64,000 nt of DNA from an uncultured Actinomycetes bacterium. GTDB taxonomy: Bacteria > Actinomycetota > UBA4738 > HRBIN12. The stretch's first letter is position 1. Each line of letters starts with the position of its first letter. Where the stretch lies: the NCBI GenBank assembly GCA_963704725.1, contig OY969934.1, forward strand, positions 1,440,001 through 1,504,000, in the 5' to 3' direction. A model generated the notes under the pieces. The model made no database searches. It was given only the letters and a program-made list of their open reading frames with translations, and had not been told where the DNA came from. Shown in pieces: positions 15,489-24,974 of this stretch. Position numbers and translations under genes: made by a program.

Positions 15489-16463
15489 CTAGGCCACGGC
15501 CTCCTCGGGCTCGGCCTCGATCACGACGGGTTCCTCGCGCCGGGCCGCGCCTCCGGTCGAGATGATGATCGCGATGGCGATCACGACGATCGCGCCGGCG
15601 AGGAAGGTGCGGATCGTGATGGTCTCGTCGAGGACGAGCCACCCCAGGAACACGGCCACGACCGGGTTCACGTACGCGTAGGTCGAGACGAGCGAGGTCC
15701 GCGCGTTCCGCAGGAGCCAGACGTACGACGTGAACCCCACCCACGAGCCGACCGTCACCAGATAGGTCAGGGCGACGAGCGAGCGCGCCGAGAACGCGTC
15801 GACCCGGATCGACGACGCCTCCCCGCGGAGCAGCCCGAGCAGCAGGAGCGCCGCGCCGCCGATCATCATCTCCATGCCGGCGCCCACGAGCGGACGTCTC
15901 GGCAGCGGCGCCGTGCGCGAGTACAGCGACCCGCTGGTCCACGAGATCGAGGCGCCGACGGCGACGAGCATGCCGGAGACCGGCGCCCCGCCCTCGAACG
16001 CCGTCCCGCCGATCAGCGACGCGGCGCCGGCGAAGCCGAGCACGAGCCCGAGCACGGTGAGCCAGCCGACCCGGTGCCGCAGCAGGATCCGGTCGACGAG
16101 CGCCATCCACAGCGGAACGAGGCCGATGATGAGCGCCGTGATGCCCGAGGGGATCGTGCGTTCGGACAGCACCACGAGCCCGTTGCCACCGGCGACCAGC
16201 GCGAGCCCCACGATCGCCGCCGATCGCCACTGCTCGGACCCCGGTCGGTCGCCCTCGGCGTCGCCCCGACGGACCGTCACCATGTACAGGACGGCGCCGG
16301 CGACGAGGAACCGGGCGCCGGCGGCCAGTAGCGGCGGCAGGGTCTCGTTGGCCACGCGGATCGCGAGGTACGTGGTTCCCCAGATCACGTAGACGGCGGA
16401 CAGCGCCGTCCAGATGAGTGCGGCGGCCGGCCGGCCGCCACCGCGCTGGCCCGTCGTCGCCAT
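15489..16463 (-). CDS. EamA/DMT family transporter (YedA-like)
   Basis: VYVIWGTTYLAIR, RFLVAG, STYAYVNPVVAVFLG; about 10 TM segments; TAAGGT -10 7 nt before ATG 16463. Confidence 0.92.
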   Translation of the reverse strand: MATTGQRGGGRPAAALIWTALSAVYVIWGTTYLAIRVANETLPPLLAAGARFLVAGAVLYMVTVRRGDAEGDRPGSEQWRSAAIVGLALVAGGNGLVVLSERTIPSGITALIIGLVPLWMALVDRILLRHRVGWLTVLGLVLGFAGAASLIGGTAFEGGAPVSGMLVAVGASISWTSGSLYSRTAPLPRRPLVGAGMEMMIGGAALLLLGLLRGEASSIRVDAFSARSLVALTYLVTVGSWVGFTSYVWLLRNARTSLVSTYAYVNPVVAVFLGWLVLDETITIRTFLAGAIVVIAIAIIISTGGAARREEPVVIEAEPEEAVA

Positions 16464-16617
16464 GCCGAGCACCTTAGAGGCGCCGTTCCCATGCGTCACG
16501 GGCTTCGATCCGATCGCCGGTTACCAATTGGTCGGTCGTTCCCAGGACCCAACAGACAACGGCCGGCCGCGCGATCCCGTGAGACCGGTCGGCGGGGTCC
16601 GGTAGTCTTCGCCCGAC

Positions 16618-18072
16618 ATGGCCGAGTACGAGTCCGTGATCGGTCTGGAGTGCCACGTCGAGCTCTCGACCGACACGAAGATGTTCTGCGGGTGCCGCAA
16701 CGTGTTCGGCGCCCCGCCCAACACGAACGTCTGCCCGGTGTGCCTCGGTCTGCCCGGTGCGCTCCCCGTGCCCAACGAGAAGGCGATCGAGTACATCGTG
16801 CGGATCGGCCTCGCCCTGAACTGCCGGATCGCGCCGGACTCGCTGTTCCACCGGAAGAACTACTTCTATCCGGACATGCCGAAGGACTTCCAGATCAGCC
16901 AGTACGACCTGCCGATCTGCGTCCAGGGGCACGTCGACGTGGAGGTCGACGGCGAGCGCCGGCGGATCGGGATCACCCGCGTCCACATGGAGGAGGACAC
17001 GGGCAAGACGACGCACGTGGGGCAGACCGGCCGGATCGGGCAGGCCGACTACGCGCTCGTCGACTACAACCGGGCCGGCGTTCCGCTGGTCGAGGTCGTC
17101 TCCGAGCCCGACATCCGCACGCCCGAGGAGGCCCGGGCGTACCTGACCGAGCTCCGCGCGACGCTCGAGGCCCTCGGCGTGTCCGACGTGCGGATGGAGG
17201 AGGGGTCGCTGCGCTGCGACGGGAACATCTCCACGCGACCCGCCGGCTCGCCGGTCCTGGGGACGAAGGTCGAGATCAAGAACCTCAACTCGGTCCGCTC
17301 CCTCGAGCGGGCGCTGCGGTTCGAGGAGCAGCGGCAACGGAAGGCGCTCGAGGCCGGCGAGTCGCTGGTGCAGGAGACGCGCCATTTCGAGGAGGAGGCG
17401 GGGACGACGCACACCCTCCGCTCCAAGGAGGAGGCGTTCGACTACCGCTACTTCCCCGAACCCGACCTGCCGCCGCTTGCGCCCGAGCCGGGCTGGGTGC
17501 AGGAGATCCGTGCGTCGATGCCCGAGCTCCCGGCGGCCCGGCGCGAGCGATACGTGTCCGCGTTCGGCCTCAAGCCGGAGCAGGCCCGCATCCTGGTCTC
17601 GTCCGCGGCCACCTCGCGGTTCTTCGAGGAGACCGTCGCCCTCGGCGCCGAGCCGGGCCCGGCGGCCAACTGGATCACGCAAGACCTGGCCGGCCTGCTG
17701 AACAAGGCGCGGATCGAGGCCGGCGACGGCAAGGTCACGCCGGGTCACGTCGCCGACCTGGCTCGGCTCGCGGGCGAGGGGGCGATCAGCCCCACGGCCG
17801 GCAAGCAGGTGCTGGAGGAGGCCTTCGAGACCGGCGACGCGGTGGCGGCGATCGTCGAGCGCAGCGGCCTGCGGCAGGTCACCGACACCTCGGCGCTCGA
17901 GGCGTGGGTGGACGAGGCGATCGCCGAGAACCCCGGGCCGGTCGAGCGGTTCCGCGGCGGCAAGCCGGAGGCGATCAACGCCCTCATCGGCCCCGTGATG
18001 CAGAAGTCCCGGGGCTCGGCGAAAGCGGACCTCGTCCGCGAGCTGCTGCTCCGACGTCTGTCGGGAAGCTGA
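16618..18072 (+). CDS. gatB: Asp/Glu-tRNA amidotransferase subunit B
   Basis: VIGLECHVEL, RKNYFYPD, HMEEDTGK, DYNRAGVPL, EIKNLNS, YRYFPEPDL. Confidence 0.97.
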   Translation: MAEYESVIGLECHVELSTDTKMFCGCRNVFGAPPNTNVCPVCLGLPGALPVPNEKAIEYIVRIGLALNCRIAPDSLFHRKNYFYPDMPKDFQISQYDLPICVQGHVDVEVDGERRRIGITRVHMEEDTGKTTHVGQTGRIGQADYALVDYNRAGVPLVEVVSEPDIRTPEEARAYLTELRATLEALGVSDVRMEEGSLRCDGNISTRPAGSPVLGTKVEIKNLNSVRSLERALRFEEQRQRKALEAGESLVQETRHFEEEAGTTHTLRSKEEAFDYRYFPEPDLPPLAPEPGWVQEIRASMPELPAARRERYVSAFGLKPEQARILVSSAATSRFFEETVALGAEPGPAANWITQDLAGLLNKARIEAGDGKVTPGHVADLARLAGEGAISPTAGKQVLEEAFETGDAVAAIVERSGLRQVTDTSALEAWVDEAIAENPGPVERFRGGKPEAINALIGPVMQKSRGSAKADLVRELLLRRLSGS

Positions 18073-18085
18073 GCCGAGGCGGCCG

Positions 18086-19357
18086 GTGAGGGTCGACCGC
18101 ACCCCCCGGGCCAAGCGCTACCCGTGGTGGCAGCTGATCCTGCTCGGCCTGGCCGGGCTCATCGAGGCCATCCTGCGTCCGATCGGGCGGATGTGGCGCT
18201 CGGACCAGCCGCTGGAGCGGTACGGGCTGGCCCACTTCGCCAGCGTCGCCGGCGACACGTTCGTGGCCTTCGCCCTGGCCGGCTCGGTCTTCTTCGACGT
18301 CCCGGTCGGCCAGGCCAAGGGCAAGGTCGCGCTGTACCTGGCGCTGACGATGGCCCCGCTCGCGGTGGCCGCTCCGGTGCTGGTGCCGCTCCTGGACCGG
18401 GCCGGCCCGCGGCGCGCGATCTCGTTCGTCGCCGCGGTGGCGCGCGCGGGCGTCGCGGTCTACGCGGCCTCGCGCTTCCACACGCTCCTGCTGTACCCCT
18501 CCGCGTTCCTCCTCCTCGTGTTCTCGAAGGTGCACGCGATCACGAAGAACGGGCTCTCGATGGCGTACGCGGGCCCGAACGAGGGTCTGGTCCGGGCGAA
18601 CGCGCGCCTGGGACGGATCGGCGTGGGCGGGGCGCTCCTGGCCACGGGCCCCGCCCTCGGGCTGCTGCAGCTCGGCGACGCGAAAGCGGTGCTGTACGGC
18701 GCGGCGGCCGTCTACGCGGTCGCCGGGTTCCTCAACCTGCGCCTGCCGAACCCACACGTCCGAGGCGGCAAGGCCGAGGTCACCCGGACCGGCTCGATCT
18801 CGGCGCTGACCGCGCCGGCGATCGGGGCCGCCGGGCTGCGCGCCGCGACCGGCTTCCTGCTGTTCGCGCTCGCGTTCACCCTTCGCGGCGGCGACAACCC
18901 CACGTGGTGGTTCGCGGTCCTGGCCGGGGCGGGCACGGCGGGCGGGTTCGTCGGCGACCTCCTCGCGCCGCGGCTCCCCTCTTCGGTCCGGGAGGAGGCC
19001 GTGGTCGTGGGCTGCGTGATCGGGGCCGGCGTGGGGGCCGTGCTCGCCTTCGTCGCCTTCTCGCTCCCCGTGCTGCTCGTGTTCGCCGTCGCGGTCGGGG
19101 CCTCGGCCGAGCTCGGTCGGCTCGCGTTCCAGAGCCTCATGCAGCGGCTGGTCCCGGGCGGCGCCCACGGCCGAGTCTTCGTCCGGTACGAGGTGATCTT
19201 CCAGCTCGCCTGGGTGGTCGGGGCGCTGATCCCAGCGATGCTGCCCATCGACTTCCGCGGCGCGTTCCTCATCCTGGCGGGGCTGTATCTCGTAGCAGGT
19301 ATTGGTTATCTGACGCCGGACGTGGTGGCCCGGCGGCGGAGACGGCCGGCGACCTAG
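18086..19357 (+). CDS. MFS-type membrane transporter
   Basis: About 12 hydrophobic segments; KVALYLALTMAP pattern of an actinobacterial MFS family. Confidence 0.8.
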   Translation: MRVDRTPRAKRYPWWQLILLGLAGLIEAILRPIGRMWRSDQPLERYGLAHFASVAGDTFVAFALAGSVFFDVPVGQAKGKVALYLALTMAPLAVAAPVLVPLLDRAGPRRAISFVAAVARAGVAVYAASRFHTLLLYPSAFLLLVFSKVHAITKNGLSMAYAGPNEGLVRANARLGRIGVGGALLATGPALGLLQLGDAKAVLYGAAAVYAVAGFLNLRLPNPHVRGGKAEVTRTGSISALTAPAIGAAGLRAATGFLLFALAFTLRGGDNPTWWFAVLAGAGTAGGFVGDLLAPRLPSSVREEAVVVGCVIGAGVGAVLAFVAFSLPVLLVFAVAVGASAELGRLAFQSLMQRLVPGGAHGRVFVRYEVIFQLAWVVGALIPAMLPIDFRGAFLILAGLYLVAGIGYLTPDVVARRRRRPAT

Positions 19358-20094
19358 GCGTTCCCGAAGCGGGCCAGGGCGCGCGCCGCGTCGGCGGGGT
19401 TCGCCTCGGCCCAGGCGGCGAGCTCGGTGTTGAGCTCGGCGTAGGACTGGGTGAGGTCGTCGCTCGTGCCGGCGAGCTCCGACGCCTCCTCGACGAGGGC
19501 GGGCAGGTCGGCGAGCTGGCCCGACAGCACGGCGTCCGCGATGTCGGTGACCGAGCGGGCGTACTCGGCGGTGAGGCCGAACGCATCGAGCGCGTCCTCC
19601 CGCGCCGCCACGAGGTCTGGGTCGGCCGGCTCGAGCGGGCGCTGTCGCTGCTGCGAGGCCTCGGCGTCGTCGCCGAGCGTCTCGGCCTGGTCGAGGAGGG
19701 TCCGGGCGTCGGCCTTGGACGCGTCGAGGTCGCGGGCGACGAGGTCCGCCTGGAGCGCGGCGACGGTGGCGGCGATCCCGGTGAGCTCGGCGGCGAGCGC
19801 GGCCTCGTCCGTCGTCGCGTAGGCGAAGGTCTGCAGGTCGTCCTGGTTCGCGCCGGATCCGTCGTGGTCGTCCCCAGCTCCCTCTGCGTTCGCCTCGGGG
19901 GAGGAGGATGGGTCGTCCGATGCCTCGACGGGGACCGGCGTGGGGGTGGGGAGGTCGATCGAGCGCGTCATGGTCGGTCGTCCGGCCGGCGAGCGGCTCG
20001 GCGGCACCCCGGCTCCGGACTCGCCGGACGCCCCCGCGGCGCACGCGGAGGCCAGGAGGGCGGCGGTCGCGGCGAGCGCCAGGAACCGGTGCAC
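19354..20094 (-). CDS. Putative lipoprotein with Pro/Ser linker and acidic helical domain
   Basis: GTG start HRFLALAATAALLASAC (lipobox-like). Confidence 0.7.
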   Translation of the reverse strand: MHRFLALAATAALLASACAAGASGESGAGVPPSRSPAGRPTMTRSIDLPTPTPVPVEASDDPSSSPEANAEGAGDDHDGSGANQDDLQTFAYATTDEAALAAELTGIAATVAALQADLVARDLDASKADARTLLDQAETLGDDAEASQQRQRPLEPADPDLVAAREDALDAFGLTAEYARSVTDIADAVLSGQLADLPALVEEASELAGTSDDLTQSYAELNTELAAWAEANPADAARALARFGNA

Positions 20095-20208
20095 CTTCAG
20101 AGCATCGGCCGTCGGAGGCTCCGATTCAGGGTTCTCTCGGGCGGGCGGAGCTGCGGTAGGCTCCGCCGGGATCGGACGATCGCGACGGACACGAGGGAGG
20201 ACGGCGGG

Positions 20209-20523
20209 ATGGCGGAGTGGTTCGACGTCGGGAAGGCCGGAGAGCTGAGCGACGGCGAGATGAACTCCTACGGCGCCGGCGGACGCCAGATCGCCATCGC
20301 CAACGTCGAGGGCGACCTCCACGCGTGGGACGACGTCTGCACGCACCAGCAGTGCTCGCTCGCGGAAGGCGAGCTCGATGGGACCATCGTCGAGTGCCCC
20401 TGCCACGGGAGCCAGTTCGACATCATGACGGGCGAGGCGGTGCAGGGCCCGGCCGTCGACCCCGTGGACGTCTTCGAGGTCCGCGAGGAGGACGGCTCGC
20501 TCCAGGTGCTCGTGGACGAGTAG
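20209..20523 (+). CDS. Rieske-type [2Fe-2S] ferredoxin
   Basis: CTH...CPCH motifs, 104 aa, GGGAGG SD. Confidence 0.93.
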   Translation: MAEWFDVGKAGELSDGEMNSYGAGGRQIAIANVEGDLHAWDDVCTHQQCSLAEGELDGTIVECPCHGSQFDIMTGEAVQGPAVDPVDVFEVREEDGSLQVLVDE

Positions 20524-21743
20524 TGGCAGCGATCGTCATCGTCGGTGCGGGAGAGGCCGGCGCGACGGCCGCCGGGTCGCTCCGCGACCGGGGGTTCGAC
20601 GGGGACGTCGTCCTCATCGGGGAGGAACCGGTCCCGCCCTACGAGCGGCCCCCGCTGTCCAAGGAGTACCTGCGCGGCGAGTCGGAGCACCAGCTCGTCC
20701 GGCCCGAGACGTGGTGGTCGGATCACGAGATCGACGCCAGGTTCGGGGTCCGGGCGGAGCGACTCCTCGCGTCCGAGCGCGCGATCGAGCTCGCCGGCGG
20801 CGAGCGCGTCCCGTTCGATCAGCTCGTGATCGCCACCGGCTCGCGGAACCGGCGGTTCGACTGGCCGGGGCTGGACCTGCCCGGCGTGTTCGACCTCCGG
20901 TTCGCGCCGGACGCCGACGCGATCCGGGCCGCGGCCAAGGGCGCCTCGAAGGCTGTCCTCGTGGGGATGGGGTTCATCGGCGCCGAGGTCGCCGCGTCGC
21001 TCCGGCACCTCGGGCTCGACGTGACCGTGATCGAGTTCTTCGGCACGCCGCTCGAGCGCGTCCTGGGGCCCGAGCTCGGCGGCGCGATCGAGGCGCTGCA
21101 CCGCGACCACGGCGTCGAGATGATCTTCCGCGACGCCGCCGAGCGGTTCGAGGGCGACGGGCGGTTCGAGGCCGTCGTGTCCACGCAGGGCCGGCGGGTG
21201 GAGGGCGACTTCGCCGTCGTCGGCGTCGGCGTCGAGCCCGTGACGGAGGTGGCGGCGTCCGGAGGCATCGCCGTCCAGAACGGCATCCCGGTCGACGTCG
21301 CACTGCGGACCGCCGTCGAGGGCGTGTGGGCGATCGGCGACGTGGCTCGCCACGACCACCCCGTCTTCGGGAGCGTCCGCGTCGAGCACTTCGACAACGC
21401 GGTGAAGATGGGGGAGCACGTCGCCGGCAACCTCCTCGGGGCCGGGGCCGTGTTCGACGACGCCCACTGGTTCTGGTCCGACCAGTACGACGCCGAGATC
21501 CAGATGGCCGGCTACGCTCTCGAATGGGATCGCACGGTGATCCGGGGGAGCATCGCGGAGCGGGCGTTCACGGCGTTCCTCCTGAAGGAAGGCCGGTTGC
21601 TCTCGACGTTCAGCATGAACCGCAAGCACGAAGTGCGTCGCTCGATGCCCCTCATCGCGGCGTCGGTGCATCCCGACCCGGCGCTGCTCGCCGATCCGGA
21701 GTTCGACCTGCGCAAGCTCCGACCGCCGAAGGACCACGTGTGA
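20523..21743 (+). CDS. Ferredoxin-NAD(+) reductase (glutathione-reductase type)
   Basis: VIVGAGEAG, PYERPPLSK, IATGS, VGMGFIGAE, WAIGDVA, WFWSDQYD. Confidence 0.92.
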   Translation: MAAIVIVGAGEAGATAAGSLRDRGFDGDVVLIGEEPVPPYERPPLSKEYLRGESEHQLVRPETWWSDHEIDARFGVRAERLLASERAIELAGGERVPFDQLVIATGSRNRRFDWPGLDLPGVFDLRFAPDADAIRAAAKGASKAVLVGMGFIGAEVAASLRHLGLDVTVIEFFGTPLERVLGPELGGAIEALHRDHGVEMIFRDAAERFEGDGRFEAVVSTQGRRVEGDFAVVGVGVEPVTEVAASGGIAVQNGIPVDVALRTAVEGVWAIGDVARHDHPVFGSVRVEHFDNAVKMGEHVAGNLLGAGAVFDDAHWFWSDQYDAEIQMAGYALEWDRTVIRGSIAERAFTAFLLKEGRLLSTFSMNRKHEVRRSMPLIAASVHPDPALLADPEFDLRKLRPPKDHV

Positions 21744-21961
21744 TCTAGCCCAACGTCACCCACGCGCCCTGCGACCCGAACCGGCAGCGCGCGCGGGCCG
21801 ACGCGCGCCGCGCCTCGATCGCGCGGGCCGTCGCGTGGAGGAACGGCCGGCGTTCCCTCCTCGACCGGCTCCTCCGCCGCCGCGGTCCGGCGCTCGAGCT
21901 CACGGCGGAGAGCCTCCGTCCGTGTCCGGGCGAGGACGTGTGCCACAGCCTGCAGCTCTGA
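21740..21961 (+). pseudogene. Small ORF absent from the ORF track, with TAG at codon 3
   Basis: GTG overlaps the reductase stop (GTGA). After TAG 21746-21748 the frame stays open for 70 codons, nearly all ending in G/C. Confidence 0.55.
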
Positions 21962-22044
21962 CCGGCCGGGGCCCGAAGCGGCCGATGATAGGCTGGCCGA
22001 CCACGTCCGAGATGCGCCGGACGAGCCCCCCGAAGGAGCGGACG

Positions 22045-23199
22045 ATGAACCGACCCGAGATCATCCTCGCGCCCGGACCCACGCCGATCCCGCCGGAGGT
22101 CCTGCTGGCGCAGGGCAGTCCGCTCGTCTATCACCGGGGGCCGGGGTTCGGCGGGCTGATGCGCGGCGTGACCAAGCGGCTGAAGGAGCTGTACCGGACC
22201 GATCGCGCCGACGTGCTCCTCATGACGTCGTCGGGGACCGGCGGCCTCGAGTCGGCGATCCAGAACGTGCTCTCACCCGGTGACGAGGTGCTCGTCCCGC
22301 TCGCCGGCTTCTTCGCGGAGCGGTGGAAGAAGCTCGCCGAGTCGCACGGCCTCGTCGTGCGGACCGTCGAGTACGACTGGGGCCGCCGCGTCGACCCCGC
22401 CGACGTCGCGGCCGCGCTCGCCGAGCACCCCGTCAGGGCCGTGCTCCTCACGCACTCCGAGACCTCCACCGGCGTGATCCAGCCGATCGAGGAGCTCGCG
22501 CGCGTCGCGAACGAGGCCGGCGCGTTGGTGATCGTCGACGCCGTGTCGAGCCTCGGCGCGGTGCCGTTCGCCTTCGATGCGTGGGGGATCGACGTCGCCG
22601 TCGGCGGGTCGCAGAAGGCCCTCAGCGCGTCGCCCGGGATCGCGTTCGTGGCGATCTCCGAGCGCGCCTGGTCGGCGCACGAGAGCGCGACGATGCCGCG
22701 GTTCTACTTCGACTGGAGCGCCTACAAGCGGTTCGCGGAGCTGCCGGAGCCGGAGAGCCCGTGGACCCCGGCGATCAGCGTCATGCAGGGCCTGGCGGCG
22801 GCGCTCGACCTGTACTTCCAGGACGGGGTGGAGGCCGCCATGCGGCGACACCGGATGCTCTCGCGCGCCGTGAAGGAGGGCGTGCAGGCGCTCGGGCTCG
22901 ACCTGTTCGGGGAGGGGCTGGAGCAGAACTGGACCGTGACCGCGATCCGGGCGCCGGAGGGGATCGACGCCGACACGATCAGCGACCGGATCCGTGCCGA
23001 CTTCGGCTGCGTGCTCGCTCCGGGGCAGGGCCCGCTCAAGGGCAAGGTGTTCCGGATCGGGCACTTCGGGTACTTCAGCGAGCTCGACATCGTCCGGGGG
23101 CTCGCCGCGCTCGAGATGACGCTGGAGCGGCTGGGCTACCCGGTGAAGCGAGGGGCGGCCGTCGGCGCGGCCGAGGGCGTGTTCCAGGAGCCGGCGTGA
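22045..23199 (+). CDS. Class V aminotransferase (alanine/serine-glyoxylate family), probable phosphoserine aminotransferase role
   Basis: LAPGPTP, HSETSTG, VDAVSS, GSQKAL (PLP lysine), FRIGHFG; AAGGAG SD; coupled to serA. Confidence 0.88.
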   Translation: MNRPEIILAPGPTPIPPEVLLAQGSPLVYHRGPGFGGLMRGVTKRLKELYRTDRADVLLMTSSGTGGLESAIQNVLSPGDEVLVPLAGFFAERWKKLAESHGLVVRTVEYDWGRRVDPADVAAALAEHPVRAVLLTHSETSTGVIQPIEELARVANEAGALVIVDAVSSLGAVPFAFDAWGIDVAVGGSQKALSASPGIAFVAISERAWSAHESATMPRFYFDWSAYKRFAELPEPESPWTPAISVMQGLAAALDLYFQDGVEAAMRRHRMLSRAVKEGVQALGLDLFGEGLEQNWTVTAIRAPEGIDADTISDRIRADFGCVLAPGQGPLKGKVFRIGHFGYFSELDIVRGLAALEMTLERLGYPVKRGAAVGAAEGVFQEPA

Positions 23200-24779
23200 G
23201 GGTCCTGGTCACCGAGAAGCTCTCCGACGCCGGGCTCGAGCTGCTCCGACGTGACTTCCAGGTCGACGTCCGCCCCGAGCTTGCCGCCGAAGGCCTGGGC
23301 GGGGAGATCGCGCCGTACGACGCGCTCATCGTGCGGTCGCAGACCCGCGTGGACGCCGACGTGTTCGCGGCCGGCGAGAACCTCAAGGTCGTGGCCCGGG
23401 CGGGGATCGGCCTGGACAACGTCGACGTCGAGGCGGCGACGCGCCGCGGCGTGATGGTCGTGAACGCGCCCCAGTCCAACGTCGTCTCGGCCGCCGAGCA
23501 CACGGTGGCGCTCCTGCTGGCCCAGGCCCGGAACATCCCCAAGGCCGATCGGGACCTGAAGGCCGGCCGGTGGGAGCGGTCCGCGTACCAAGGTGTCGAG
23601 CTGCAGGGCAAGACGCTCGGGGTCGTGGGTCTCGGCCGCGTGGGCGCCCTCGTGACGCAGCGGTGCGCCGCGTTCGGGATGCGGATCATCGCGTTCGACC
23701 CCTACGTCCAGAAGGAACGGGCCAAGGAGATGCGCGTCGAGCTGATGCCGACGCTCGAGGCGCTCCTCGTCCAGGCGGACTTCGTGACCGTGCACCTCCC
23801 GCGGACCCCGGACACGGAGGGGCTGATCGGCGAGCGGGAGCTCGCGCTGGTCAAGGAGGGCGTGCGCATCGTCAACACCGCTCGCGGCGGGATCGTCGAC
23901 GAGGCCGCGCTGGCCAAGGCGATCGAGGACGGCCGCGTGGGCGGCGCCGCGCTCGACGTCTTCGAGACCGAGCCGACCACCGAGTCGCCGCTGTTCGCGT
24001 TCGACCAGGTGGTGGTGACCCCGCACCTCGGCGCCTCGACGGCCGAGGCGCAGGACAAGGCCGGCACCTCGGTCGCCGAGATGGTCCGCCTTGCGCTCTC
24101 GGGCGAGTTCGTCCCCCACGCCGTGAACGTGTCCGCGGGGGCCGAGGTCTCCGAGACGGTCAAGCCGTTCCTGCCGCTCGCGCAGAAGCTCGGGGCGCTG
24201 CTCACGGGTCTCGCCGGCGGCGCGGTGCGGGGGGTCGAGGCCCAGTACCTGGGCCGGATCGCCGAGGCCGACACGCGGGTGTTGACGCTCGCCATCGTGA
24301 AGGGCGTGCTGTCCGGCGTGGTGTACGAGCCCGTCTCGTTCGTGAACGCGCCGATCATCGCGGGGGAGCGCGGCGTCTCCATCACCGAGATGCGGTCCAC
24401 GGTCTCGAGCGACTATGTGAACCTGGTCCACGTGCGCGCTGACACGGACGAGGGACCCGTCAGCGTGGCCGGCACCCTGGTCGGCAAGCGCAACGCCGAG
24501 CGCGTCATGCAGGTGAACGACTACGACATCGAGATGGCTCCGGCGCCCTTCATGCTGTTCTTCACGTACGACGACCGGCCCGGCATCATCGGCAAGGTGG
24601 GCACGATCCTCGGCGAGGCCGACATCAACATCGCGACGATGGACGTCGGCCGCCCGGTGCGCGGCGGGACGGCGCTCATGGGCCTGACGCTCGACAGCCC
24701 CGTCCCCGTCGAGGTCCTCGACCGGATCCGCGCCGAGACCGGCGCCGGCCCCACCCGGTTCATCGTCCTGTCCGACTAG
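23196..24779 (+). CDS. serA: D-3-phosphoglycerate dehydrogenase with ASB and ACT domains
   Basis: RAGIGLDNVD, SAAEH, GLGRVG, NTARGG, TPHLGAST, DRPGIIG. Confidence 0.96.
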   Translation: MRVLVTEKLSDAGLELLRRDFQVDVRPELAAEGLGGEIAPYDALIVRSQTRVDADVFAAGENLKVVARAGIGLDNVDVEAATRRGVMVVNAPQSNVVSAAEHTVALLLAQARNIPKADRDLKAGRWERSAYQGVELQGKTLGVVGLGRVGALVTQRCAAFGMRIIAFDPYVQKERAKEMRVELMPTLEALLVQADFVTVHLPRTPDTEGLIGERELALVKEGVRIVNTARGGIVDEAALAKAIEDGRVGGAALDVFETEPTTESPLFAFDQVVVTPHLGASTAEAQDKAGTSVAEMVRLALSGEFVPHAVNVSAGAEVSETVKPFLPLAQKLGALLTGLAGGAVRGVEAQYLGRIAEADTRVLTLAIVKGVLSGVVYEPVSFVNAPIIAGERGVSITEMRSTVSSDYVNLVHVRADTDEGPVSVAGTLVGKRNAERVMQVNDYDIEMAPAPFMLFFTYDDRPGIIGKVGTILGEADINIATMDVGRPVRGGTALMGLTLDSPVPVEVLDRIRAETGAGPTRFIVLSD

Positions 24780-24818
24780 CGTTTCGTCTCGAAGGGCTTC
24801 CGGCGCGGCCCCGGTCCG

Positions 24819-24827
24819 TGCTAAAAT
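24819..24827 (+). promoter_or_regulatory. Extended -10 promoter (TGcTAAAAT) of the MFS operon leader
   Basis: Near-consensus AT-rich hexamer in a GC-rich context, 9 nt before the uORF ATG. Confidence 0.7.
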
Positions 24828-24836
24828 TCTTGGCTA

Positions 24837-24902
24837 ATGAGGCGACTCCTGGTGATCGCGAGGGATCGGAGCGGCGTCACGCCGCTCCCGGCGGCCGTCT
24901 GA
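24837..24902 (+). CDS. Leader peptide (uORF) MRRLLVIARDRSGVTPLPAAV
   Basis: ATG right after the -10 element, 21 codons, embedded in hairpins, contains the anti-SD of the downstream gene. Confidence 0.65.
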   Translation: MRRLLVIARDRSGVTPLPAAV

Positions 24903-24972
24903 CGGCCGCGCTCGCCGCCCGGCGAGCTTTCGGATCACCCGCACCTCGTTCACTCGAAGATCAGGAGTCGTT
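24841..24972 (+). promoter_or_regulatory. Translational attenuator structure
   Basis: CGACTCCTG (24843-24851) is the reverse complement of CAGGAGTCG (24962-24970, containing the SD). Hairpins at 24868-24888, 24891-24909 and 24910-24927. Confidence 0.7.
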
Positions 24973-24974
24973 CG

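Noticed and set aside
16523-16532. Palindrome ACCAATTGGT between the EamA gene and gatB
   Set aside because: Short, single occurrence and no local regulator; too weak to call.
21935-22009. Possible riboswitch or K-turn RNA upstream of the aminotransferase-serA operon (GGACGTG/CACGTCC, CAGCCT/AGGCTG pairings)
   Set aside because: No T-box, ZTP, SAM or glycine riboswitch signature. The region overlaps the end of the hidden ORF and a likely TAGGCT -10, so most of it would lie upstream of the transcript.
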